Shown here: positions 52,223-62,414 of the stretch, piece by piece
Numbering within the stretch: position 1 is the first letter of the stretch
Layout of the letters: every line of letters begins with the position of its first letter
DNA from: Nitrosopumilus sp.
GTDB lineage: Archaea; Thermoproteota; Nitrososphaeria; Nitrososphaerales; Nitrosopumilaceae
DNA length: 64,000 bases
Assembly: GCA_965214775.1 (NCBI GenBank)
Contig: OZ243974.1
Location: 1,344,001 to 1,408,000, forward strand
Direction: 5' to 3'
Made by a program: the position numbers and the translations under genes
Notes under the pieces: generated by a model
Seen by the model: the letters and a program-made list of their open reading frames with translations, nothing else
Told to the model about the DNA's origin: nothing
The model's database searches: none

Positions 52223-53215
52223 ATGAGTCACAGCCACAATCAAGAATTTTACAGGACCACCACGGCAAGAACCGGAAAGATGATGGCAATCATGCTGGGC
52301 ATCTGCATTGTTGGAGGAGCAATCTTCTTTGGATTGTGGGACTATTGGATTTCAGAACCGGCCCCGGTCGTTGCAATGATGGCCGGCGATACTGTCGGAA
52401 CAACCGAGGCTGCAGTTCACACCGGCGCAACAATAACATCTGATCTCTCGTTTGTCGAATCTTCGGACTTTATCACTCTGGCATTCAACGCGTTGCCAGG
52501 CGAGCCTAGCAGCAACCCGACGATCAACATGGAGGTTGGCGACAAGGTAGTCTTTAACGTAGTAAATGACGGAGTGTCGTTTCATGCATTTGGCGTAACC
52601 GGGGACACCGAGGGCTTTGGCGGAATCATCCCGGGCTCTGAGATCGCATCGCCGACAAAGCCGCTAAAAGCCGGCGAGAGCGGAACTTCGGAGTTTGTCG
52701 CAGGCGAGGAAGGAGTCTTTTATTACATATGTACGGTTCCCGGCCACAGGGAACAGGGAATGGTGGGCAAGATCATCGTAGGCGACGCAGCTATGCAAGA
52801 AGAAGAAGAAGCAGCAGCAATGAAGGAAGCAGCAGCAGCCGAGCCTGAACCAATGACGGAAAAAGCCGTAGAGCCAATGCAAGAAAAAGAGCCGGCACCT
52901 GCCCAACCGGTTGCATATGAGGGCCCAATATCGATCCCAGAGGGCTCCGGGGTTCCCGGATGCCAGGAAACTGACGAGTGCTATATCCCGTTTCATGTGG
53001 CTGCCCCTGCAGGAACCGAGATAGTCTGGTCAAATGACGACACTGCAGCCCACACGGTTACAAGCGGAAGTCCGCAAGACGGTCCTGATGGAATGTTTGA
53101 CAGCGGTCTGCTTGCAGGCGGGCTTGAATTCTCAACAGTCTTAGAGGAGCCAGGAGAGTACCCCTATTATTGTATAGTTCATCCATGGATGCTTGGCAAC
53201 ATCACAGTAGAATAG
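52223..53215 (+). CDS. Membrane-anchored two-domain blue copper (plastocyanin/azurin-like) protein
   Basis: YICTVPGHREQGM and YYCIVHPWM type-1 Cu sites with an acidic/Pro linker. Confidence 0.92.
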   Translation: MSHSHNQEFYRTTTARTGKMMAIMLGICIVGGAIFFGLWDYWISEPAPVVAMMAGDTVGTTEAAVHTGATITSDLSFVESSDFITLAFNALPGEPSSNPTINMEVGDKVVFNVVNDGVSFHAFGVTGDTEGFGGIIPGSEIASPTKPLKAGESGTSEFVAGEEGVFYYICTVPGHREQGMVGKIIVGDAAMQEEEEAAAMKEAAAAEPEPMTEKAVEPMQEKEPAPAQPVAYEGPISIPEGSGVPGCQETDECYIPFHVAAPAGTEIVWSNDDTAAHTVTSGSPQDGPDGMFDSGLLAGGLEFSTVLEEPGEYPYYCIVHPWMLGNITVE

Positions 53216-53222
53216 AAGAGTC

Positions 53223-53666
53223 TTGGCCATTCAATATCTTGCCCTAGCAACCATGATAGTCCTGTATTCGCTAATGTTCTTGGGCGGATACATCTCGGCG
53301 GCCGGACTTGGCCTGACATGCCCCGAGTGGCCTCTGTGCCCAAACGGGATCATGCCTTCTGAAGAGTACCTCATCGAGTGGATTCATAGGCTGGCAGCAG
53401 CCACCACCGGTGCCTTGGTTGTTGCCACGATGGTGGCAGCCCTGATCAACAAAAACTCCGAGACAAAAATCAAGGTTACAAGCTCTCTTGCAACCGTCTT
53501 TGTAATTACGCAAATTACGCTTGGCGCGTTGGTGATCGACACCAAACTTCACGCGGTTCTGGTTGCAATCCACCTGGGAATCGGAATTCTGCTGTTCTCC
53601 ATGGTGTTGCTGACAACGCTGTTTGCATTCAGACTGGCAAAAAGCTCGCTTGCCGCTAGGGTCTAG
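53223..53666 (+). CDS. COX15/CtaA-family heme A synthase-like protein (short form)
   Basis: GLTCPEWPLC, IEWIHR, AIHL. Confidence 0.85.
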   Translation: MAIQYLALATMIVLYSLMFLGGYISAAGLGLTCPEWPLCPNGIMPSEEYLIEWIHRLAAATTGALVVATMVAALINKNSETKIKVTSSLATVFVITQITLGALVIDTKLHAVLVAIHLGIGILLFSMVLLTTLFAFRLAKSSLAARV

Positions 53667-54174
53667 ATTTTTTTAGCATCTTTGGGACGTAGATGTATCC
53701 CATCACTCCTGCAAAAACCAGCGCTCCGACAGTGATTGCACTTATGAAGATGTATCCAAACGGACTCTGAGTTCCCATGTTAAACTTGTATGAAATTACA
53801 TCTCCGGGACGGTCCATGTCATACAGGTAAATCTCCACAATGTGGTTCCCCTGCGTTCTCCAGACATAGTCAAAGTCCCAGTGGCCACCCTTGATGGGGG
53901 TTGGGGGGACTGCATCTACCTGTTTTCCGTTAAAGAAAAATTTTATTGCCATCGTGAATCTGTCTACCTCTTCAAAGTTGGCATCAGTGACCTTGACTAA
54001 AAACTGTGAGGGTTCGTCTATTTGAGGAAATTCCGGCGCAGTGGCTACCTGGACCCTGTATCCTGAGTGGAACTTTTCAGCGGAATTAAACATAGAGTGG
54101 GCATAAGAGTCATCGAGGATCGGCAAAATTACCAGCAAGGCAAAGATCAGAAAGACAGATCGACACTTGGACAT
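53656..54174 (-). CDS. Secreted/membrane-anchored hypothetical protein
   Basis: Signal peptide ending SYA-H, C-terminal TM helix. Confidence 0.75.
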   Translation of the reverse strand: MSKCRSVFLIFALLVILPILDDSYAHSMFNSAEKFHSGYRVQVATAPEFPQIDEPSQFLVKVTDANFEEVDRFTMAIKFFFNGKQVDAVPPTPIKGGHWDFDYVWRTQGNHIVEIYLYDMDRPGDVISYKFNMGTQSPFGYIFISAITVGALVFAGVMGYIYVPKMLKKSRP

Positions 54175-54248
54175 TATGATTATCGTGGATATACGAAGAA
54201 TATATTGTAAGCCAATTCCTCAGAAATCTTTTGTCTCATACTAAAATC

Positions 54249-54455
54249 GGGGCTGTTTCCTAATTTCATTTATAGCAACGAGCAGAAATAATTGAGGTTT
54301 TTTACGTGTAGTTATAACCTGCTTTGACTCAACGACTTCTGTCCGTTGCTATACCTGACTCTGCACGTTTTTCTGAATTTCCGCCCCTTTGCACGCCTGA
54401 TCCATGTGGCATCCCAGCGGTTTTCAGGAATTCTGATGAATTAGGAAACAACCAC
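54249..54455. mobile_element. MITE family A with a nested small element (54271-54352)
   Basis: Ends GGGGCTGTTTCCTAATT / AATTAGGAAACAACC; nested inverted repeat TATAGCAACG..CGTTGCTATA. Confidence 0.72.
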
Positions 54456-54473
54456 GTGCATATGACATCATTT

Positions 54474-55103
54474 CTATTCAATCACCGGCAGGTCTTTTAT
54501 GGATTTTTTATATGTTTTAGCCAGTGCGGAGTTTCTGTCATAAATTGACTGTAGCGTTGAGATGAGATGAGCCAGACTATGCTGAGAAAATTCAGACGAT
54601 ATTGTTTTTGTATCATCATCATCAAGACCAAACGTGATTCTAGTAACAGGAATATAACAGATGGTTCTGTAGGAATGATCTTCTACCTCTAGTAGCGTGC
54701 TGTTGTCGCTTATAATATCCAATGCTTGGAATTCAAACAGGTTTCCACAAACATGATACTGAACTTCCAAGCCACGCAGTCCTTTGTCATTTAATTTGGA
54801 AAAAAAATACCTGATAGATTTCTTGGCTTTTGATGTGAGGTTTGACTTTGTTAGGAGGGCATGAGCAATGTCTTTGCTTTGAAAATATTCGTGAGAAACA
54901 CAACAAAGGGGAAATACATGCACCTCAGCAAGGCCACAATCGCTTTCATATCCAAGCATCTCGGCAAGTTTTTTGAGCGGTGTGTTATAGCCGGTTTTAT
55001 TGTAGGTGCTGATCAATGCGTTTAGTTGTTTTTGATTGACTCCAAAAACCTTCTCCAACTCAGATCTAAAATAATTAAACGGGTTATTCAGATCTTTTGT
55101 CAT
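54474..55103 (-). CDS. Hypothetical protein between MITEs
   Basis: 209 aa, AT-rich, no recognisable motif. Confidence 0.6.
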   Translation of the reverse strand: MTKDLNNPFNYFRSELEKVFGVNQKQLNALISTYNKTGYNTPLKKLAEMLGYESDCGLAEVHVFPLCCVSHEYFQSKDIAHALLTKSNLTSKAKKSIRYFFSKLNDKGLRGLEVQYHVCGNLFEFQALDIISDNSTLLEVEDHSYRTICYIPVTRITFGLDDDDTKTISSEFSQHSLAHLISTLQSIYDRNSALAKTYKKSIKDLPVIE

Positions 55104-55298
55104 TGTCCCATATACAAGAGGTCATTTATGAATATAAGGGGTGCATGTGGTGTAGTCTTGCAAAACTTCCTTTTTCGTCAAAAACTTCCTGATTTCGATC
55201 ATAAATAGATCCAAAATCAACTGTGATTTTTATCCGGATTTGTCATTTAGGACGAATTCAAGTAAAAAATCGAGTTATGCAACAAATAGTCTTTCCAG

Positions 55299-55661
55299 AT
55301 GTACACGACTCGTGTAAGTGGAGACGGCGACATGCGGATCTGCAGGAAGCTTAATTTGGGCTGTTTCAAGATTGGAGCCGTTTTCCGGGTTACTTTTGGG
55401 AAGACTGACGGGGAGATCCAGCGCAAGCTGCACGAGTTCGAGGAGATCATGATGAGAAAGAGCGACTCGATAGACCTGTTCATGCAGTGGTACAATCACG
55501 ACAGGCCCCACAGGTCGCTGGACTGGGACAATCAGGAGACGCCCGCCCAGGCATTTCTCAGAAAGATGCCCAAGGAGGAGGAAACCGTTATTGACGGGCA
55601 GACAGGAGAGGAGTATGATGTCAGATAAAAGGGGGGGGCGAACTACTTTCTGGATCCCACA
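55299..55661 (+). pseudogene. IS481-type transposase C-terminal remnant with right end
   Basis: WYNHDRPHRSLD..ETPAQAF. Confidence 0.75.
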
Positions 55662-55715
55662 ACCAGCTCCAATTCTTCAAAACCTTTAAATCCTTATTGG
55701 CAAGAAACCCAATCG

Positions 55716-56321
55716 TTGACCCTCGTTACAAAATCAATTGACATCAAAACACCCGTAGAGAGTGTCTTTACCTACTTTGCAAGGCCAGAACACGTTTCTG
55801 ACCAGATCAAGTCTGATGCTGTAGTAGGCATGACAGTCGTTCCTATGGACATCAAGGAAGGCATGGGTGTGGGTACGACCTTTAGAATTATCGGCGACTT
55901 TGGCGGCAAGCGTCTAGAGTGGGATTGTGAGACAACCGAGTTTGTCAGAAATGAGAGAATCTCTGCCAAACAAATCAAAGGCCCATTCAAGAAATGGCAA
56001 ATTACCAACGAGTTCAAAGCCCTAGGTAACGCCGTCACAAGAGTAACCATGTCCGTAGACTATGAAATGCCGTTTGGCCCGTTAGGGGCAATTATTAACA
56101 AGGCAAAATTTGCCAAGTCTGCCGAAAGAGGAATGGAAACCGCGCTTTACAACGTTAGAGGCTTACTTGAAGGAAACGGCTCAATTCCGGTATACATCAC
56201 CTTGGATGCATACCAAAAACTTTTGGCCGAAAAGAAAAAGATGAATGATGTTCCGGTTTCAACTGCACTTACGGCAATCCTGGAAAAATACAACGAAATT
56301 GAAGCAAAAACCCAAAACTAA
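55716..56321 (+). CDS. SRPBCC (polyketide cyclase-like) family protein
   Basis: KSIDIKTPVESVF, GPFKKW, DYEMPFGPLG. Confidence 0.85.
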   Translation: MTLVTKSIDIKTPVESVFTYFARPEHVSDQIKSDAVVGMTVVPMDIKEGMGVGTTFRIIGDFGGKRLEWDCETTEFVRNERISAKQIKGPFKKWQITNEFKALGNAVTRVTMSVDYEMPFGPLGAIINKAKFAKSAERGMETALYNVRGLLEGNGSIPVYITLDAYQKLLAEKKKMNDVPVSTALTAILEKYNEIEAKTQN

Positions 56322-56379
56322 ACTTTCATTTGTTTCCAAATCTCAAGATTAATAACAACTTGTACATGACTATTTTGGT

Positions 56380-56453
56380 GGGTCTGTGGCGCAGCCAGGT
56401 AGCGCACAGGACTCTTAATCCTGCTGTCGTGGGTTCGAATCCCATCAGACCCG
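56380..56453 (+). tRNA. tRNA-Lys(CTT), probable integration site
   Basis: GGGTCTG..CAGGA-CTCTTAA-TCCTG..GTGGG-TTCGAAT-CCCAT-CAGACCC. Confidence 0.93.
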
Positions 56454-56497
56454 CCTACCTTCCACTGATTAAAATAGACCCAAAACCATATTGATAT

Positions 56498-57703
56498 ATG
56501 AAGGTAGATCTGGAGTCCATCACGGATGGAGGCGATCCCTATGAGATGTTCGTCAGCAGCATACGCGATGCCGAAACGAGGAGAAAGTACAAGTCGTATC
56601 TGAGGCAGTTTCTTGCAGAGGTACCGGACAATGTGTACGGGACGGTCTCTGGCACTGCTGACAAGTCCGTGGAAGGGCAGGCAAGGCTGTTCGTCCGGAT
56701 TGCCGAGAGGAATCCCAAGCTTGCATCGGGGGTGATTGTCGAGTACATCAAGCTGCACAAGGGCAGGGTTGAGAGTGGCGACATGAACCCGAACACGCTC
56801 CCAAACCTGATCAAACCGATTCGGGCACTGCTTGACTCCAACGGAGTCGCGCTTCACTGGAAGAGTATACGCAAGATGTATCCGAGACCGACCAGAACGG
56901 AGGACAGGGGATACACAAAAAACGAGATACAGAGAATGATGGAGAACGGCCACGACCTGACAGACAAGGTTATCCTTACCGTGTTCTCATCGGCAGGGTT
57001 CCGCGTGGAGGCATGGGAATACCTGTGCTGGAAGGATGTCAAGTTCTTCAAAAACGACGACGGCACGTTCAGGGGCGCAGCACTGCTGATATACCGCGGG
57101 GATCCGGAGAGATACTACACGTTCATCACGCCGGAGGCATGCCAGTATCTTGACATGTACCGGGAAAGATGGAAAAACGACATAGGCAGGTATCCTGCAC
57201 CAGACGATCCGCTGTTGCGGGTCACGACCCAGATAACCGTAAAACAGCTGAACTCAAAGGGAGTCAAATCCAGGATCACGAACCTTGCGCGGGAGGCCGG
57301 ACTGCGGCCAAAGCTTCCAGACGGTAAAAGAAGACATACGGTGCCGCTTGACCACGGCTTTAGAAAGTACTTTAACACGATGATGAGACGCGCAAAGGTA
57401 AATTACCTAGACAAAGAGGATATGATGGGTCACACCACGGGACTGGAAAAGCACTACGAGCGGTACAACGAGGAGGACTTTGAAAGATTCCCAGAGTACC
57501 AAAAGGCCATCCCATTTCTCACCATATCCGACGAGGAGAGAATCAGGGCCGAAAATCAGAGGCTTGAGATGGAAAAGTCATCTGCAGATCACAGGACAAG
57601 CCTGGAAAATCAGGCACTCTTGAAGGAAATCCGGGAGATGAAGGAGGATCTGGCCAAGGTAAAGAAAAGACAGGAGGTAGCAGAAAGGTATGAAAAAAAG
57701 TAA
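56498..57703 (+). CDS. Tyrosine recombinase/integrase
   Basis: SAGFRVEA (R), DHGFRKYF (HxxR), MMGH, HY; coiled-coil tail. Confidence 0.92.
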   Translation: MKVDLESITDGGDPYEMFVSSIRDAETRRKYKSYLRQFLAEVPDNVYGTVSGTADKSVEGQARLFVRIAERNPKLASGVIVEYIKLHKGRVESGDMNPNTLPNLIKPIRALLDSNGVALHWKSIRKMYPRPTRTEDRGYTKNEIQRMMENGHDLTDKVILTVFSSAGFRVEAWEYLCWKDVKFFKNDDGTFRGAALLIYRGDPERYYTFITPEACQYLDMYRERWKNDIGRYPAPDDPLLRVTTQITVKQLNSKGVKSRITNLAREAGLRPKLPDGKRRHTVPLDHGFRKYFNTMMRRAKVNYLDKEDMMGHTTGLEKHYERYNEEDFERFPEYQKAIPFLTISDEERIRAENQRLEMEKSSADHRTSLENQALLKEIREMKEDLAKVKKRQEVAERYEKK

Positions 57704-57710
57704 TGCAGGC

Positions 57711-58337
57711 CTATATCACATGAGGCAAGCCTGATGCGTAGTAAATGTCTGCAAGAAAGCCATGCCCGCAAAGATAGTCAATCATGTTTACTATTAGAAA
57801 AAGGGACATGCCAACCCTATTGTAGTAAACTATCTCAAGATCCAATTTATAATTTGCATCCCTACGCCCGTAAGCACCGCCAACCTCACGGACAAATATC
57901 TGTTCAGGATGTGTTAATATCATGCTTGTATAGCGATTATCCCAGATCCACCTGAAGATCTTCTTTCTTATGGAGTAATAACCGAGCAATCCCAACATTC
58001 CTTTATGCTGACACAAGAGCAGGCGAATCATGTACGGATCCCTCATGTTTGGCAGATACACGGTTGCATGCACCTCTCTGCTGTGAGAATAGTCGTTCTT
58101 GTCATCAAACGTTTGGATTATTGAATCCGTGACAGAAAACACCCTTCCCTCGTGGACAAGCTTGTCTAGGATGGGCCTCACGTTGTTTTTGTATATGCGA
58201 GTTCTTCTCCATACTTCCCTCATTCCGGATAGCTCAAAACCCATCAGCAACACCATCAATACATTGTCTTCACTCTGTCTTCTCTTCTTCCTTTGATATC
58301 TAGCCAAACCGTCTGAAATCTTTCTATCCAATACCAT
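57711..58337 (-). CDS. Hypothetical protein, possible winged-helix N-terminus
   Basis: MREVWRRTRIYKNNVRPILDKLVHEGRV is wHTH-like. Confidence 0.55.
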   Translation of the reverse strand: MVLDRKISDGLARYQRKKRRQSEDNVLMVLLMGFELSGMREVWRRTRIYKNNVRPILDKLVHEGRVFSVTDSIIQTFDDKNDYSHSREVHATVYLPNMRDPYMIRLLLCQHKGMLGLLGYYSIRKKIFRWIWDNRYTSMILTHPEQIFVREVGGAYGRRDANYKLDLEIVYYNRVGMSLFLIVNMIDYLCGHGFLADIYYASGLPHVI

Positions 58338-58529
58338 ACCACATTATGACAATAGTTCTGTTATGCTAATATGTGTTGAAATAAACATGGCATTCCTCGT
58401 ACAATTTTCCGCCCGGCAAATGCCGGAAATCCGACATTTGGGATACTATTTTGCCATATGGACTCTATTCAAACTATTTCACATGTGTTATCAGAGATCA
58501 AAGTCTGTACTTCTGGAGGCGTCGCTACA

Positions 58530-58769
58530 ATGAGCAACGGATCTGTTCCTACCTTTGCATGCGGATGCAAGCAGCCAAAAGAACAACGCCGTTTGAGGCT
58601 TGACGGGGGTTCTGCAGGTTTATACGATCTTGAGCTGTGCATGGAATGCTACAGGAAAGAAGACAGGCAGTTTGTCGTATCTGATGTGCCGATGTCCTCC
58701 ACTGCAGGAGGGTTCCGTCCCAAGACAAAGCAGGTACATGAAACCGACGGCGGGGAGAAAAAAGGTTGA
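58530..58769 (+). CDS. Small Zn-finger protein
   Basis: FACGC..LELCMEC. Confidence 0.5.
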   Translation: MSNGSVPTFACGCKQPKEQRRLRLDGGSAGLYDLELCMECYRKEDRQFVVSDVPMSSTAGGFRPKTKQVHETDGGEKKG

Positions 58770-58824
58770 GTCGGAAAAATACGGTATCATCTGCACAACA
58801 GGCAACAGGGGCTGAGACAGAAAA

Positions 58825-59571
58825 ATGACCGGCAGGCATCATCACCAACATCACCATCCTCCAATCAACAGGCCAAAATCAAAAAAGGTATGGGATCTCT
58901 TCAAGATGCGTGACAAAAACCAGAATGGTGTCATCATATGCACACTGTGCGGCCAGCCAGAGGAATACAATGATGATGACGGTAACAACGACTACAAACT
59001 GACGATAGGACACATAAACTATCCAAGCCCGGAATACGAGCATCTATACAACTCAAATGACGAGGTAAACCTAACGCCTCAGCACTCTAGGTGCAACAGG
59101 CTGCTGCAGGGAAGAGACTTCTACGCCGACAAGAAGGCAAATCTCCTTGAAACCCTCAAAAAGAACATTGAGTTCTCAAAGTCCAAAAAAATGTACAACC
59201 TGGAATTTGCGCGCCAAAACTCTGTGACTGACGATCCCTCATCGGTACAGAACAGAAAGTCAAAGAAATACGATTCTGTCTGCGGCCAGTACCTCACAGA
59301 ATACCTCGATGCAGACACTGACAAAATTCCCTGGGATACTGCTGTACATGACATAGAAGGAATCTGCATGTCAAACTTTGGATTTGGAAACTCTGTAAGC
59401 GTAGCCCGCCACCTCAAAAAGATCTGCAATCGATTCTATATGCGGTACGTAACAGAGGAGGACGAGAATGGCACAGACTATATACGCAAAATGAGGCCTG
59501 ACGAAAGGCAAAAGATGGGGAAAAACCTGGATAAGTTCAGGACCGACAAAAACCTTCATCCTGACACCTGA
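58825..59571 (+). CDS. HNH-like endonuclease domain protein
   Basis: RDKN..CTLCG..LTIGHIN..NL..HSRCN; His-rich N-terminus. Confidence 0.75.
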   Translation: MTGRHHHQHHHPPINRPKSKKVWDLFKMRDKNQNGVIICTLCGQPEEYNDDDGNNDYKLTIGHINYPSPEYEHLYNSNDEVNLTPQHSRCNRLLQGRDFYADKKANLLETLKKNIEFSKSKKMYNLEFARQNSVTDDPSSVQNRKSKKYDSVCGQYLTEYLDADTDKIPWDTAVHDIEGICMSNFGFGNSVSVARHLKKICNRFYMRYVTEEDENGTDYIRKMRPDERQKMGKNLDKFRTDKNLHPDT

Positions 59572-59993
59572 TAGCCTGATTTTTTCACACACACAGAATT
59601 TTTTTTGTTTTTTGGTTCTGTCACACTTCTGTGCATTACTTTGTTATGGATTTTGCAGCATTTTGACCGTTTTCTTGAAATTTCTTAGACGTGTATGCAT
59701 GAGTGTGTGTGAGTGTGTGTGAAAAGGCTGTTTGGGTGATGGCACCAGCATCAACAACCACGGCATGTCTTCCCAAAACCTGCAGTCCACACCTGTACAT
59801 CATCATACAGTAACTGTAGAGGCGTAAAGAAGACAGACAGCAACAGGATGGCCAGGTGGGCGAGGTAGTCAAGTCGCAACATGCTTGCAGACGGGATCTC
59901 GCCGCTTGCCCTGCTTGGCACCGCTGCCGGTGAGGATCACCAGAGCGTGCCAGGCAAGATCCGGGCAAAAATACCCGAATTATGGCCGAAACT

Positions 59994-60238
59994 GGGGTTG
60001 TCGCCTAATTCCAGTAACTGATCGGGTTCTGGAAGCCGTTTCTGATTTCAGGCACAAGTTCTCTGATCGACATCCATTAGTGACAAAATTCATGCCTGAA
60101 CTTCCAGAGCCCGACCTGTTACTAATTCCACTTGTTTGGCTCAATCTGCACATTTTTCTGAATTTCCGCCTTTTGTACGCCTGATCCACTGACATCTCAG
60201 CGGTTTTCAGGAATTCTGATGAATTAGGCGACAACCCC
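59994..60238. mobile_element. MITE family A with nested MITE-B (60013-60123)
   Basis: Perfect TIR GGGGTTGTCGCCTAATTC, 9-bp TSD GCCGAAACT; nested element has 6-bp TSD AATTCC. Confidence 0.88.
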
Positions 60239-60869
60239 GCCGAAACTATATAAAAAATAGTCAAGAAGGGGGGGGGGGTTCTAATTAGCTACTTGAATGC
60301 TGCCTAATTAGCTACTTGGCTGATTCTGCGTCCGTAGGAGTGTTCTAATTAGCTACTTGAATGCTGTCTAATTGATTAGATACTTCAATTATGATTAAAT
60401 TTCCACTCTCATTTGACTGAAACATGGGCGAATACGTGCGTAAAATACCCGTTAACCCCTCCCCCTTCAACTACCTGCAAAAACAAATCGTGGATATCAG
60501 CGATATGAACTAACAAAGTATCCAGATTACAGTAACAACTCGGGCTCTGGAAGCTGTTCCTGATTTCAGGCACGAATCTTTCTGGGAGGGCCACCTAATG
60601 TGGCAAAACTCACGCTGAACTTCCAGAGACTGAACTGTTACCAAGAAGGGAGGATGTTCTAATTAGCTACTTGAATGCTACCCAACTGATTAGCTACTTC
60701 AATTATTCTGCAAAGTCTCAAAAAATAGGAGAATCACACCCCGAATCCCCTCGTAAAAAAGGACTGCAGACCCCCCCTCTCACGCCTAATCCAAGGCCGC
60801 CCAGAATAAAGGCAGGTACGCGAAAGGAACTGGTTGCAAGATACGTGGCACACAGGATCTTATTTCACT

Positions 60870-61115
60870 CCACCGTTTGCGCAGACTGGCAAGATCGTCG
60901 CCGCATCTGTTTGCGTTCCTAGAGCATGATAACGTGTATCCCACAAACAACGGCGCAGAGTGTGCCCTCCATTACACCGTCGTCTTCCGCAAGATAAGCT
61001 GACAGATCAAGGAAGTGGAACTCTGGATGAGAAGCTAGTCGTGGTTTATGACGTGCATACTAACGTGGAGTACAAGGGGCAAATCCATGGCAGACGATGT
61101 CATGAAGCTAGTTTA
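60870..61115 (+). pseudogene. IS66-type transposase C-terminal remnant
   Basis: LFAFLEHDNVYPTNNGAECALHYTVVFRKIS* matches the PTNNxAERxLR motif. Confidence 0.7.
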
Positions 61116-61183
61116 GGGATGTGATCCCATATGACTAACGGAAACTGAAAATATTTTAGGCAGGAGTAAAAATCAATAGTATC

Positions 61184-61609
61184 ATGGCTCCTCCAACTCT
61201 CAATCTTCTTCCTGCATCGCCTCCAGCCGTCAATCCCAATGACAAAGGATACTGGTGCTGTACATGTCTGCGATGCGGCTATGTGTGGCTGTCGCGCCTC
61301 CAGCCGCGCCTCCAGCCACGCCCTCGATCATGTGCCTTGTGCAAAAGTCGTTACTGGTTCGTATCGCGAGGACAGCTCCACCGCGGACACCCTCTGGAAC
61401 CAGAGACACTCCGCAGAATTGAGGAAGAGAGGGCATTGGAGCGCGCCACAACCACAGATGAGGACCTCCGCCACCTGATGGATCTTGAGGATCAGGCCAA
61501 AGAGAGACTGGAGGCAAAAGAATCATCACAATTTCCCGCAACATGGCACCGACGTCTCTCTTCACGATTCCGCCGCCACCAAAAACCACAATCTAAAAAC
61601 ACTCCCTGA
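61184..61609 (+). CDS. Zn-ribbon protein
   Basis: CLRCGYVW..PRSCALCKSRYW. Confidence 0.7.
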   Translation: MAPPTLNLLPASPPAVNPNDKGYWCCTCLRCGYVWLSRLQPRLQPRPRSCALCKSRYWFVSRGQLHRGHPLEPETLRRIEEERALERATTTDEDLRHLMDLEDQAKERLEAKESSQFPATWHRRLSSRFRRHQKPQSKNTP

Positions 61610-61883
61610 TTGGAACGTCTCACGAAGGACAACCTGCCAAATGTGGGTGGGGTCTAATTAGCTACTTGGCTGACTGCTAGAATGATTCCAATAAAGAATG
61701 AAATCTTTAGGATGTGATGGGGGTCTAATTAGCTACTTGGCTGACTGCCAGCCTGAAAAAAATTAGGCAAAAACGGAAACTAGGCAAGAAACACGATGCC
61801 TCGAACATATCCAATCGCAAAACATCTATACTAAAAACAAAAATGATCCTTCTGATTCACATTTTGCTTGGCTGTTTTTTCAA

Positions 61884-62414
61884 ATGAACTTTTTAACTTT
61901 GGCCGACTTGCCATATGCAATGGATAATCAAAATAGCGACCCCCCACCGCCGTATGACCCACGTAGCAATCATTACGCCAAGCAAAGAGCTGCAGAAGAC
62001 AAGCTAAAGTATCCCAAGAATCACCGCCTGCCGCTGGTATGCACGGCAGAGGAGGTAGACAGGAATTACGCCGAGGCAATGAATGATCTGGCGTTATGGA
62101 GGAAGACGAAACCCTCGTTCCCTGCAAATGACAATCATTATGATTATTGCAGCTATCTGCAGGCCATATGGAGAATATGGCTGCTGCACGAGATACAGCA
62201 CTCGCCAAAAAAAGAGGTATCTCTGGATCATGTAATAGATGCCGGCTCTGAGCTGTGCGATGTGAATCGTGGATCCGTGAATATCTGGACAAGAAAGGTT
62301 ATCAGCTCCGTGGGCTTTCTTGACTGGAATCCTGACACGAACATGCTTACATTGAGGACTCCTTACTGTATAGGGCCTCCAAGAACCGATCCCAATGATG
62401 TTGGTTCTCCATAA
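61884..62414 (+). CDS. Hypothetical protein (start may be 61920)
   Basis: 176 aa ORF; partial degraded copy at ~62670-62727. Confidence 0.6.
   Translation: MNFLTLADLPYAMDNQNSDPPPPYDPRSNHYAKQRAAEDKLKYPKNHRLPLVCTAEEVDRNYAEAMNDLALWRKTKPSFPANDNHYDYCSYLQAIWRIWLLHEIQHSPKKEVSLDHVIDAGSELCDVNRGSVNIWTRKVISSVGFLDWNPDTNMLTLRTPYCIGPPRTDPNDVGSP

Larger units (their letters stand above)
60278..61748. repeat. Dispersed CTAATTAGCTACTT motif (six exact copies plus degenerate ones), iteron/operator-like
   Basis: Copies at 60281, 60304, 60345, 60659, 61654, 61725; degenerate at ~60374 and ~60688; all on the same strand. Confidence 0.85.

Noticed and set aside
56318-56953. 211-aa minus-strand ORF
   Set aside because: Antisense to tRNA-Lys and the integrase; a shadow ORF.
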